A DNA stretch of 64,000 bases, taken from assembly GCF_006345805.1 (NCBI RefSeq), contig NC_043017.1, positions 10,106,001 to 10,170,000 on the forward strand, in the 5' to 3' direction. Below the pieces are notes generated by a model that had not been told where the DNA came from, made no database searches, and saw only the letters and a program-made list of their open reading frames with translations. Origin of the DNA: Octopus sinensis. Its lineage: Eukaryota. Made by a program: the position numbers and the translations under genes. Positions 38,040 through 49,501 of this stretch are shown here, piece after piece. The stretch's first letter is position 1. Each line of letters opens with the position of its first letter.

Positions 38040-38980
38040 AATACACAATGTCTACACCACTCACTATTCGTATTCTCTCTGAAGTGGGTCCATTGGCCAC
38101 TACTGCCTGACTTCTATATTTCAGAAAGTCATGTAACCATTCTCCAAGCTTTCCAGCTATGGAAAGTTTTCACGCAGTTTGTGGAATATCATACCATGAT
38201 CCACTTCATCAAAAGCTTTTGCAAAGCCAAAGTATATTACGTCCATATTTGAGTTGTCGAGTAACTGCCTCAATACTTAGTCATAGTCCTGTAGGAGCTG
38301 GATCAGGCAGCTCCTACCTGTTCGAAAACTATGCTGGGTATCACTCAGCAAATTGTTTTCATTAAGGAATGCAATTTGTTTCCCTCTGACTATTCATTCC
38401 ATGACTTTGCTGATGTTTGAAGTCAGAGAGATAGGCCTATAATTATTGGCATCTGCTCTGCTTCCTCTCTTATGGATTGGGCATATTATTCGCTTCTTTA
38501 GTTTGCTTGCCATTTGCAAGAAAACTCTCAAAGAGAATCCATAGTGGTTTCACCTGGGCACGTTTAAACGATTTGACGAGGATTGCTGGGAAACCATCAG
38601 GGCCAGTAGATGAGTTTGCGTCAACCTCATCTATGGCTAGTATTATATCTTCTTCCCCAATGTTGATGTAATCCATCGTAACTGCCTCGCTGGTTATAGG
38701 TGAGGTGACAAAAAAATCCACATGTTCATTTTAATGTCTGTTCCAATGGGTTGGTAAAGACACGTTTGAACTGGTCTCTCAGAAGCTCACTGATCTTGGT
38801 TGGGTTATCTGTGAGGGAACCATCCTTCTGGAAGAGGGGTCCTATTTTGCAGCATACTGAGGCCGTTTCTTTGGCATAATGGAAGAAGGCCTTTGGGTTT
38901 GACTTGATGTTTTTCTTACAACCCAGGCTTCTTTGATTGCGCTCCCCTTCACATAGGATTGTTGCAGGTTGTTTTCAACA
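38040..38980 (-). mobile_element. Degenerate CR1-group LINE fragment (same family as 25200-27279)
   Basis: VDANSSTGPDGFPAILVKSF, NYRPISLTSNISKVME, DTQHSFRTGRSCLIQLL on the minus strand. Confidence 0.85.
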
Positions 38981-40499
38981 ATTGAAAATACTATAGGAAT
39001 GGGGCAAAATAAGTAATTTCTGATTTCTTGCTACTTTCTCCCTACTTGTTTGAAACTATTACATTGCAAATGTTGCATCATCTTTAAGAGTAAGTTGAGA
39101 GAGTTTTAAAACACAATCAGGTGACAGGTACTTTTCTTTCAAGAAATTCCTCAACTTCAACCTGATTGTAATTGAGCTTGAGAATAAAATATCTGAGTCA
39201 TTTTTGGTGTTTAACAATTAACATTCTTTTCTCTGTTGGATTCCCACACTTGACACTACACATGTTCCTTCCAAGCACTGCTGTAAACAGCAAAAGTGAG
39301 CTAGAATATGAAAATTTAGTACGCATGCACAGCAGAGTCCATGGTTAATTTGTGCCATGCGGTTTCACTCTGCATGCCTCAGCTTTGTTACTATGGCAAC
39401 AGTCTGAATATTTATTGATCAGACCTCATACTAATATAAATGCATATGTTTATATGATGTGTGTATTTATATGAGTATGGATCTGGGTGTGTATATGTGC
39501 ACTTACACATGGTGTTTTATCTGTGTTTGCATGATCTATATTTTTGTACTTTGAAAAATTATCCATGTTTATAAGGATGACCTCTTAACATATGTGGGTC
39601 TATGACCTGCTCATATTTTCATATACATCTCTGTACATTCATTTCCCTCTCTCTCGTCACAATCCCCTTCTATCATCCTTCCCTCCTCCTCCTCTATGTA
39701 TTCCCCTCTTCCTCTCTCACTTGAGTTTATTTTCTATATATCTATTTCACTTACATGATCATATTGATATATTTTTTATGTTGTTTTTTCTCTCTTCTTC
39801 CCATCTTTCTTATCCCTTTTTCTCTCTTTATTCCCTATTTGTCTTCTCTGCCTCTTTTTCACTGTTGCCCTCTCTCATTTCACCAATTACTTACCTTCTT
39901 TTTCTCTTCCTTTATAATTATAACAAGTCTCATCAGTTCCCCAACTTATGACATTATATCTTTCTAACACTAGTTTGATAGCTGAGCTCTGATTGGCTAT
40001 ATGCAAATGAGTTGATAACTGGGATCCGGAACTCTCGGGAATCGATGAACTGAAGTACCAATTCAGCTCTGTGATGTCGCTGGCACTGACTAACCTTCTT
40101 CCCTGAAAATCACAAAACTTGTGTCTAAAACAATCCATTATTATTTCAAAGAAATATTTAATGGAGATACTGGTCTGCCTTTCAGACACAAACAATACCT
40201 TTGACTACAGCAAATACACGCAATCCGCATACCCCTACGCTCCGTATATTCATGATCCCAGTTCAAATCTCAGAAGATTCCATTGCTTCTCATCTCTTCC
40301 GACGAATTCAGAGAGCAGATTTTCAAGGGAGATAACTTAGTTTTGTAGAAGTTTAATTTTTGCTTCAGATGTAAGGGAGATAATTCTCAAAAAATTAAAT
40401 TAAGTAGGATTAAATTATTAAAACGAAATGCCACCAAGTAATGATGATAAATACAATAACAATAATAAATAATTTCTGAGTTTTAAAAAAAAATTGACT

Positions 40500-41222
40500 G
40501 TAAGAAAAAAAAAAGCACCATGACACAATTCACTCTGCCAGATATTTGGTAATGACATGCTGTACTGCTTGGCATCTGTGCTGGAAGCTCCAGTATGAAT
40601 ATGTCAGAGTGTTTGGGTGTCAGTCTGAGGACATGTACAGAAAGTGACAACATCATTGTTTGGAGTGATCACTAATGATGGTGATGTTACGCCTCCATCT
40701 TCCCACATAGCTTCAGACTCAACACAGAGAGCTTACATCAAGTGCCTGGAGGAGGTAGTACTGCCCTGGGTGAAGAGGGTGGCTGCTGGAAGACCCTATG
40801 TCTGGCAATAGGACTGCCCTATGTCACACAAGCAGGAGAACCCAGTCATGGCTGTCTGACAATTTCTGCAGCCATATTACCCCTAACTCCCCACACTGCA
40901 ACCCCTTTGATTATTGTGTGGAGTGCAGTTGAACGAGAGACCAACAAAACTCCTTGTAACACCAAAGATGAGCTGAAGGCAAGGATTATGGCAACATTCA
41001 TTAACTTAAAACCAAGAAGGCCACCCAAAAGAGTTGCAGGAGATTCCGAAGTTGTCTGGAGGTTATGGTTGAAGCCAATGGCGATTTTATTGAATAAATT
41101 TACTCTTTAGTATTCAAAGATATTTTTATGTAATTTTGATAAATGCATTTGTTAAAATGAGATGTCAGTGTTATTGTCATTTTTGTGTAACTTAGACAAC
41201 AGTTCGTTCACTGCATCCTGTA
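40500..41222 (+). pseudogene. Tc1/mariner-superfamily (maT/DD37D-like) transposase relic
   Basis: FGVITNDGDV...YIKCLEEVVLPWVKRVAAGRPYVWQ*D...CHTSRRTQSWLSDNF...PNSPHCNP.DY.VWSAVERETNKTPCNTKDELKARI; ends CATCCTG|TA. Confidence 0.8.
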
Positions 41223-41360
41223 TATGTGTATCTATTGTATCTTATAATTAATTTTTTTTCTTTTTTCTTTCCTCTTTTTATTCTCTGGTTACTTCTTCCC
41301 TACTTTGACTGACATTTTGCCAACTCTAACCTGACCAGCCAAACACCCAAACAGTAAACA

Positions 41361-41643
41361 ATGGACAACAGTTTAGAAGGTTTAAATTTATATGACCCAG
41401 CTGTGAAGGAGCTAAAACTTTGGTACGAGACCACTGAAGACAAAGAGACCAAAGAACGACTTTTGAAAATCTTACAGATGCACATCAAGCGTGACTGTTA
41501 TTCAATGAACTTAAACACTCCAGTGACACCAGTTCGTCGGGAAATTCTTCAGTTTACTAACACCAATAATTGGGAACTTTTGGCCCAGCAGAAAGTCACA
41601 CAGTATAGGCTAAGCCCTAATATGGCATCGGGAGAATGGGCAG
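41361..41643 (+). CDS. O-methyltransferase coding exon 1
   Basis: ATG in context aacaATGG. Upstream are a polypyrimidine tract, a CTAAC branch-like site and CCAG at 41338, suggesting a further upstream 5'UTR exon. Ends GCA G|gtatct (phase 1). Confidence 0.85.
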
Positions 41644-44600
41644 GTATCTATTATCTTTTACTCATTTCGTTCAATGGAACTATGGCCATACTGGGACACT
41701 TCCATGAATGGTTTGTATGTGTGTGTATGGATCAGTGCTTAGAGCGTCAGGCCCACAATCATGAGGTAGTGGGTTCAATTCTCAGATCAGGTTGTGTGTT
41801 GTATTCTTGAGCAAGACACTTTATTTAATGTTGCTCCAGTTCACTCAGCTGTAGAAATGAATTGTGATCATTGGTGCCAAGCTGCAGGATTTGGTATATA
41901 GAAACTAAAAGAAGCCCATCGTATATGAGGGGGTGCTGAAAAATTCCTGGTTTTAAGGGTATCATGGAAGGCCTGGTTGGAAGCTCAGCCCTCCAAGTTC
42001 TTTCACAGGGCTTAGAAAATCTTTAGGACTGCTGCAATAAGTGTATGAATCTGAGAAGGGAATATGTTGAATAAAATCATAATTGTATTTGCTTTTACCC
42101 AAATCCAAGAACTTTTCATATATTTGTGTGTGTGTGAGACCTTGTCTTGACATCATGTGATAGTTGCAAAATGAGTGTCACTGACACAAATGGATGGAAG
42201 GAGTCACTTTCATTTCCAATCTTCCATGGAAAACAGATCTGGCTATTGGGAAATATTACCTTACTCGGAAACAGGAGAAGGTTGGTGACAGGAAGAGCAT
42301 CTATTCATAGAAAATCTGCCGCAACAAATTCTATCTGATCCATGTGAGCATGGAAAAGTGGATGCTAAAATTATGATGTGTGCATGTGTTACTGTGTCTT
42401 TGTCTTCCTTGATAGTTTTAAGCGTCTGTCATGGAAGGGGTGTCTTTCATTTTTTATCTTCTATGGAAATAGATGAGCATCCAGTCATAGCAAATCTGTG
42501 TTGACAAATCCCATTTGACTCATGCAAGCATGGGATGAAGATGATGTTGTTGTTGGTGGTGGTGACAACGATGTTGGGGTACTTTGATTTCCTCTGAATA
42601 TTACACTAAACTTCGTACGAAAATTTTGCAACAAAGAAAATCATCAAACCCCAACACCACCACCACCATCCTATCCCCTACCACTTGTCTACTCTCAATA
42701 CTAACCCCCTATGATTTCTGTGTTTGCAGGTCAAGTCCTCAAGATGCTGGTCAGCATGCAGAAAGCAAAAACTGTGATAGAAATTGGCATGTTTACCGGA
42801 TTTGCAAGTTTGTCCATGGCTGAGGCCCTTCCGGCCGATGGACAGTTGTTTGCGTGTGACATTGAACCCTACCTGGAGAAATCTGGTCGCAGCTTCTTTG
42901 ATAAAAGTCCACACGGCAAGAAAATCACCGTCAAAATTGGTAAGCACATGGTGCACGTTTGCCCTGCATATGGTCACTCCTTGATGCACTTCTTGTATAT
43001 CCTTCATTAATATACTCTTCACCCTAATGCACCCTCAATGCTGTTTCATGCAGTGGTCAGTACTCTCCCTAATGCATGCATAAATCTACCATTTATTTTA
43101 ATGCACTGTTCATTGATGCTCACATCAATGCGTTCCAATTTTCAACACTCACTTGGAGACATAGAATGAGAACACATGGATTGTACTCATACAGCATGTG
43201 AACACGTAGGTTGTGTTCACATGGAATGTTACTATATTTTCTCTGGTCATATGGGATGTGTTACATGGAATGTGGCCACGTAGGATGTGGTCACAGTGAG
43301 TCTTACACCCCATCTGAATGCATCCCACATGTTGCCCACCTCACGTGGTAACATTCTTCAAGTGAACAGATGAAGTGGGGGACGTGGGATGCATTCACGT
43401 GTGGTGTTACCGCATGTGATGCAGTCATGTGAAATGTGGTCACCTTGTGTATTACCGTAGTGACTCATGTGGGATGTATTCACATGGTCAAGAGGGATGT
43501 TGGGATATAGTCACATAACTCACGTCTCCTGACCCCTTCTGTCTTCATCAAGACACATTTGTAAAGAGTAACATTCAAAGAAACCTTGGGTGTATGTGAG
43601 TGCGCAAGTGTGATGGTGGTGGTGGGTTTGTGTAAAAGGGTATGTCATGGGTTGTAGTAATGGGAATAACATCCCTAGCCCCTCGCTCACTTCTTTTTGT
43701 TCCTCATCCCTAGGCCCTGCCCTGGAGACATTGAAGACCCTGGCAAAGGAAGGTGTAAAGGCAGACTTTATCTTCATTGATGCAGACAAGTCTGGATACG
43801 TAGATTACTTCAAGGTAACACAGCATGTCTGTCTACTTGTCTAGATCTCTCTCTCTCTATATATATATATATACATACTTAAATCTGTCCATCTGTGTGT
43901 GCATGTGTCTCTATTGTCTGTTTACCCGCGTCTATCTGTTTGCTTGTCTATATATTTGTTGCATATAGTGAGAAAAGTAGTAGCAGTAGTAGTATGATAT
44001 CGATGATGATGATAGATTTGGTGACATAATGACATATATACAGGTTACCTTGGTGACCAAATCAAAATCAGGAGGATGGTCTGAGAGTGTAGCTGCGAGA
44101 ATAAGAATGGGCTGGGTATAGTTCAGAGAGCTTCTACTTTTTGTTGGTGACAAAGAGCCTCTCTCTCAGTGAAAGGCAGATTGTATGATACCTGTGTGCA
44201 AACACCCACTCTACATGGAAGTGAAACATGGGCTGTAATCACTGAGGACATGAATAGACTTGAAAGAAATGAAGCCAGTATGCTTCGCTGGATGTACAAT
44301 GTCAGTGCGCATGTTCGACAGGGAAAAGTTAGGCATAAGATGTGGTGTGCAAGAGAGATGACTGTGTTGGTATGGTCATGTGATGTGTATGGACGGGGAC
44401 AGCTGTGTAAAGAAGTGCTGATCTCTAACTGTGGAAGGAAATTTTGGAAGAGGTAGACCCAGGAAAACAAGGGATGAGGTGGTGAAATATGATGTTTGGT
44501 TGTTGAGTCTCATGGAAAGGCAATGGAAAGTGACTGAGACAGTTGGTGATTTTCTGTGCTTGAGAAAACATGTCAACTTAGTTGTGGCCAGTGACATGTT

Positions 44601-46785
44601 AAAGGTACCCATGCCAGTGGCTCATAAAGGGCACCAAGTACACTCCGTGGAGTGGCTGGCATTTGGAAGAGCATCCAGCTGTAGAAACCAAATCAGACTG
44701 GAGCTTGGTGCAGTTCTTTGGCTTACCAGTTCCACTCAAATAATGACGATGATGATGATGGTTAATATATTCAGTTTGAGAATTTTTATTATTATTCTTT
44801 GTTGATTATTTTATTTATTTTCTTATGTGTTTCTTTTTGTCTTTGATTTTTGTAAATTTTAGTCAGCATTGGACAATAACATATTGGCCCCACGAGGAAC
44901 CATTGCTTTTGATAACATCTACTGGTTTGGTGAACCTTATCTTCAAAAAGGCTGTGAAAATACTGTCATGGCGCGAGTTCAAAAAGCAATTATTGATGAC
45001 CCACGTGTTGAACAGGTATGGATACCATCTTTCCCTTCATCTTCTCCACCCACTGTTTCTGGGAGGGTCTTGGGTTTCGGGGAAAGGTGTAAGTTGATTA
45101 CATTGACCCCTGCACTCAATGGGATCTTATTTTATCGACAGTGAAAGAATGAAAGGCTAAGCGCACCTTGGTGGAATTTGAACTCAGAATGTGAAGATGA
45201 ATGAAATGCTATGAAGCATTTTGCCCAGAATGCTAACAATTCTGATGCTAACCACCACCTGTTCCTTGGAATATCTTAGGGATGAATTCCTCAGGCTCTC
45301 TTCCATAGGGTCCAATGGGAAGCAACTGTCATTAATTCTTTTGTTACTTTATTCATTTTGAGATGCTCTGTGTTTCTTTCAATTAATTTTGAATATAACA
45401 AAGAATTTAGTAAGTTATCATTAAGCTAGTGTTAGGAACATAAATTGTGACTAAGGTTTGGTGGAAGATTTTAATTCAAAACTTATGAAAACAAAACATT
45501 TATACTACAGAGCCAGAGGTGGTTTCAGCCAGGTTGGTATCAAAAGGGTTAATGCACTTTATATGAAAATCATTTCACTGTACTTCATACAAGTACAATC
45601 AGGTAGGGAGTACAAACTGGTGACATGTACTGTGGATTTTGCTAATTATTCTAGGAGACTATTTAACTGTGTAAGGGGACAGGGGTGCAGGCACACCTGC
45701 TCAAATTGTTTTTGGGTGGTGGTGGGGGACAATGAAAATGCTTTTCACATCCTCCTGAAAAACTGGGTTTGCACCTGCTAAACAAATTTCATTCCCACAC
45801 TTATTTATGAACGTGCCCTTACTTTCCCTGTGTTTTACCTTTGATCTAGCAACATTTGAGCAAGGCATCACTTTATTTCAATTTGCTTCAGTCTACTTGG
45901 CTGTAAATGTGTACCAGCCAAGTACTGGTACCACCCTTTCTCTTCTTAAATCTGGGTGTCATGTCATGTCATGTACTAAGCCAAGGGTGAGAGCAGCTTT
46001 GAAAAGGTGTCTGTGTCTGGATGGGATTATTTAGAGACTGAATGCTTCATGTTGCTAAGTCATATGCATTCTCGAGTGATGACTGGTTGTTGTGTTAATT
46101 TATTTGTAAAGAGCGATTTATGGTAATTGTTCTTCCTCCCCTCATTAAGCCATTTATATAAATATCTAAATGGTTATGATGTGCCACACACACATCGACA
46201 AACTCTTTTATTTGTTTCAGTCATTTGACTGCGGCCATGCTGGAGCACCGCCTTTAGTCGAGCAAATCGACCCCGGGACTTATTCTTTGTAAGCCTAGTA
46301 CTTATTCTATCGGTCTCTTTTGCCGAACCACTAAGTGACGGGGATGTAAACACACCAGCATCAAGCAATGCTAGGGGGACAAACACACACACACATACAT
46401 ATATACGACAGGCTTCTTTCAGTTTCCGTCAACCAAATCCACTCACAAGGCATTGGTCGGCCCGGGGCTATAGCAGAAGACACTTGCACAAGATGCCATG
46501 CAGTGGGACTGAATCCGGAACCATGTGGTTGGTTAGCAAGCTACTTACCACACAGCCACTCCTGCGCCTCTTGCATACAAACACACACATACTTGTACTT
46601 CCTCATTCAACTCAACAGATGACATAACACCACTCATATACACAGACGTTCTTGTTATATTTCACATGATATTTTTAGACTGATACACAGCATCTCACAC
46701 AATGGGTCTTTACTGCAACCATGGCTGGGTGTTAGCAGAGCCTTGCAAGTGAAACCTTGCTAGACAGAAACTGAGAGAAGCTCAT

Positions 46786-46829
<44 letters not shown>

Positions 46830-46952
46830 CTTGGGTTGACCAAAGCCTTGTGAGTGGATTTGGTAGACGGAAACTGAAAGAAGCCCGTCATATATATACA
46901 TGTATGTGTATATATATATATGTATGTGTATATATATATATATATGTATGTG

Positions 46953-46987
<35 letters not shown>

Positions 46988-47707
46988 GTGTGTATATATA
47001 TATATGTATGTGTATATATATATATATATATGTGTATATATATATATATATATGTGTGTGTGTATATATATATATATATGTATGTGTATACATATATATA
47101 TATATGTATGTGTATACATATATATATATATATGTGTATACATATATATATATATATATGTATGTGTATACATATATATATATATGTTTGTGTGTCTGTG
47201 TTTGTCCCTCTAGCATTGCTTGACAACCAATGTTGGTGTGTTTATGTCCCCGTAATTAAGTGGTTCAGCAAAAGAAACCGATGGAATAAGTACTAGGAAT
47301 TACAAAGAATAAGTCCTGGGGTTCATTTGTTTGACTAAAGGCGGTGCTCCAGCATGACCGCAGCCAAAGGATGGAAACAAATACAAGAGTAAAAGAGCAT
47401 GTATATCAGTGTGTGTGTGTGTGGTGTGTGTGTGTGTGTATGCCCTCATAACTTAGCAGTTCATCAATAAAGACTGATAGAATAATTACCAGAATTAAAA
47501 AAAAAGAAAACAAAAACTGAGGTGGAGTTATTTGATGAAACCGTTTGAGGCAGTGCTCCAGCATGGCCACAGTCCAATGACTGAAACAATTAAAGCTAAA
47601 ACAACCTGTGTAAGAATATACTAAACTCTCGTCTTCTTTCCAAACTTCAGGTGCTGCTGCCAGTTCGAGACGGTATCGCATTGGTTCGCAGAGTTGAAGA
47701 CATTTAA
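41361..47707 (+). CDS. Spliced gene (5 coding exons, 267 aa): cation-dependent SAM O-methyltransferase, CCoAOMT/COMTD1/MdmC family, MysB-like
   Basis: Exons of 283+210+101+153+57 = 804 nt join in frame through GT-AG introns. Protein [19 protein letters not shown]...[55 protein letters not shown]...[19 protein letters not shown]...[17 protein letters not shown]...[19 protein letters not shown]...[25 protein letters not shown]. It carries the SAM motif EIGxFTG and the metal ligands DADK and DN. Confidence 0.92.
41925..42120. mobile_element. Mariner-derived MITE nested in a SINE (intron 1)
   Basis: TA-TGAGGGGGTGCTGAAAAATTCCTGG left TIR; partial right TIR AGAACTTTTCA. Confidence 0.55.
42730..42939 (+). 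CDS. O-methyltransferase coding exon 2 (SAM-binding motif I)
   Basis: Acceptor tgtttgcag|GT, donor ATTG|gtaagc. Encodes [24 protein letters not shown]...KKITVKI. Confidence 0.93.
43714..43814 (+). CDS. O-methyltransferase coding exon 3
   Basis: Acceptor tcctcatccctag|GC, donor AAG|gtaaca. Encodes [34 protein letters not shown]. Confidence 0.93.
44020..44760 (+). mobile_element. RTE-clade LINE 3' fragment with 3'UTR and (GAT)n tail, in O-methyltransferase intron 3
   Basis: [44 protein letters not shown]. Confidence 0.85.
44863..45015 (+). CDS. O-methyltransferase coding exon 4
   Basis: Acceptor taaattttag|TCA, donor CAG|gtatgg. Encodes [23 protein letters not shown]...DDPRVEQ. Confidence 0.92.
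45336..45548. mobile_element. Second, inverted copy of the piggyBac-like MITE
   Basis: Reverse complement of 2141-2363, with TTAA flanks. Confidence 0.7.
46205..46569 (-). mobile_element. SINE family A (intron 4)
   Basis: Full-length reverse copy. Confidence 0.85.
47651..47707 (+). CDS. O-methyltransferase terminal coding exon
   Basis: Acceptor ctttccaaacttcag|GTG. Encodes [18 protein letters not shown], the canonical family C-terminus. Not in the supplied ORF track. Confidence 0.9.
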   Translation: MLLPVRDGIALVRRVEDI

Positions 47708-47749
47708 AGACTGTCTGAGCACAAAGTGTCAGCTTTTCATCATATTTTA

Positions 47750-47784
47750 AATAAAACCATGTTTTCATTATAAATTTCAATAAA
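47750..47784 (+). terminator. Candidate polyadenylation signals of the O-methyltransferase gene
   Basis: AATAAA at 47750-47755 and 47779-47784, shortly after the stop, followed by T/TG-rich sequence. Confidence 0.55.
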
Positions 47785-48526
47785 GAATATATATATTTCT
47801 TTAAGAATTATTCTTGTTATCTTCTTTCGTCTTCTCTCTCTGCTGTCTTCTGTTTTTGCTTTTTCTGGATTCTTCGTGTTTTTTTTTTCTTTGCAATTTT
47901 GCAGTTGGAAATTCGTCCTTCTTTGTGATCAAAATATTGTAATTGTAAAAAAAAGTTTGTGGTGATGGTGGTGAAGTTTATTAACGAGGAGCTTAATTAG
48001 CTTAATAATTGTAAGTAAAGCATGTATGAGGTTAAAAACCTTACATCCCAATCATGTAGTCTTGTGTCCATCCTACTACATGGCACCTTGGACAAGTGTC
48101 TTTTACTATAGCCTCAGGCTGACCAATGCCTTGTGGATGGATTTAAGAGATGGAAACTGAAAGAAGCCTGGCATATATATACATACATCTCTCTCTCTCT
48201 CTCTTTAAATATATATATATATATATATATCATCATCGTTTTGCATCCGTTTTTCATGCTGGCATGGGTTGGACGGTTTTGAAAAGTATGCAAAATATTT
48301 TTTAAAAAATTTCATTTAATTTTTCCACAATTTAATTGTTTTTCATGCTTTACTCTAAGTTGAAAGAGTCACAAAGACTGAAACCGGTACTAGAATGTTC
48401 TTCATGATAAAATTATTTTAGCATTTTCTACCTTGTCTTATTTTCCTTATACATATCAACTCATGTGTTCCTTTTCAACTGTCTACACACTCACATATAT
48501 ATATACATAAATCTATATATGTGTGA

Positions 48527-48902
48527 ATGGCTGTGTGGTAAGTAGCTTGTCTACCAACCACATGGTTCCGGGTTCAGTCCCACTGCATGGCACCTTGGGC
48601 AAGTGTCTTCTACTATAGCCTTGGGCCGACCAAAGCCTTGTGAGTGGATTTGGTAGACGGAAACTGAAAGAAGCCCGTCGTATATATATGCGTGTTTGTG
48701 TCTGTGTTTGTCTCCTAGCATTGCTTGACAACCGATGCTGGTGTGTTTACGTCCCCGTTACTTAGCGGTTCGGCAAAAGTGACCGATAGAATAAGTACTG
48801 GGCTTACAAAAGAATAAGTCCCAGGGTCGAGTTGCTCAATTAAAGGCGGTGCTCCAGCATGGCCGCAGTCAAATGACTGAAACAAGTAAAAGAGTAAAAG
48901 AA
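48527..48902 (+). mobile_element. SINE family A
   Basis: Near full-length match to the family. Confidence 0.87.
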
Positions 48903-49271
48903 TATATATATATGTGTGTGTGTATGAATTTATATATATATGTATGTATATAGATGTTCATTCACATATACCCAAATAGCACTCTCACACACATGCACAT
49001 TTACACACACACACATTCTCACAACTACTATTCATTCACCAGCTCATGAATACAAATGAACAGAAGATAAATTAATTACCCTTAGCAATTAACACATGTA
49101 ATTATATACTTATGCTTTATTACTTTGTACTTTACCACTTTGCAGTTTTCCCCTCCACATTTGTCCCAACATTCATCTGCTCTTCAGTGCTAACTTCTCC
49201 GTCCATCCGTTCAGCTGTCTGTCTATCAGCCTGTCTGTCTATCAGCCTGTCTATATGTTAGTCTACCGTAG

Positions 49272-49501
49272 GGCGGCGAGCTGGCAGAATCGTTAGCACG
49301 TCGGGCGAAATGCTTAGCAATATTTCGGCTGCTGTTACGTTCTGAGTTCAAATTCTGCCGAGGTCGACTTTGCCTTTCATCCTTTCGGGGTCGATAAATT
49401 AAGTACCAGTTACGCACTGGGGTTGATGCAACCGACTTAATCCGTTTGTCTTTCCTTGTTTGTCCCCTCTGTGTTTAGCCCCCTGTGGGCAATAAAGAAA
49501 T
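49272..49501 (+). mobile_element. SINE family B, full length
   Basis: Complete head to the TAAAGAAATA end. Confidence 0.85.

Noticed and set aside
44863-44866. Alternative acceptor TCAG 4 nt downstream in exon 4
   Set aside because: It would break the reading frame; the upstream AG keeps the conserved protein.
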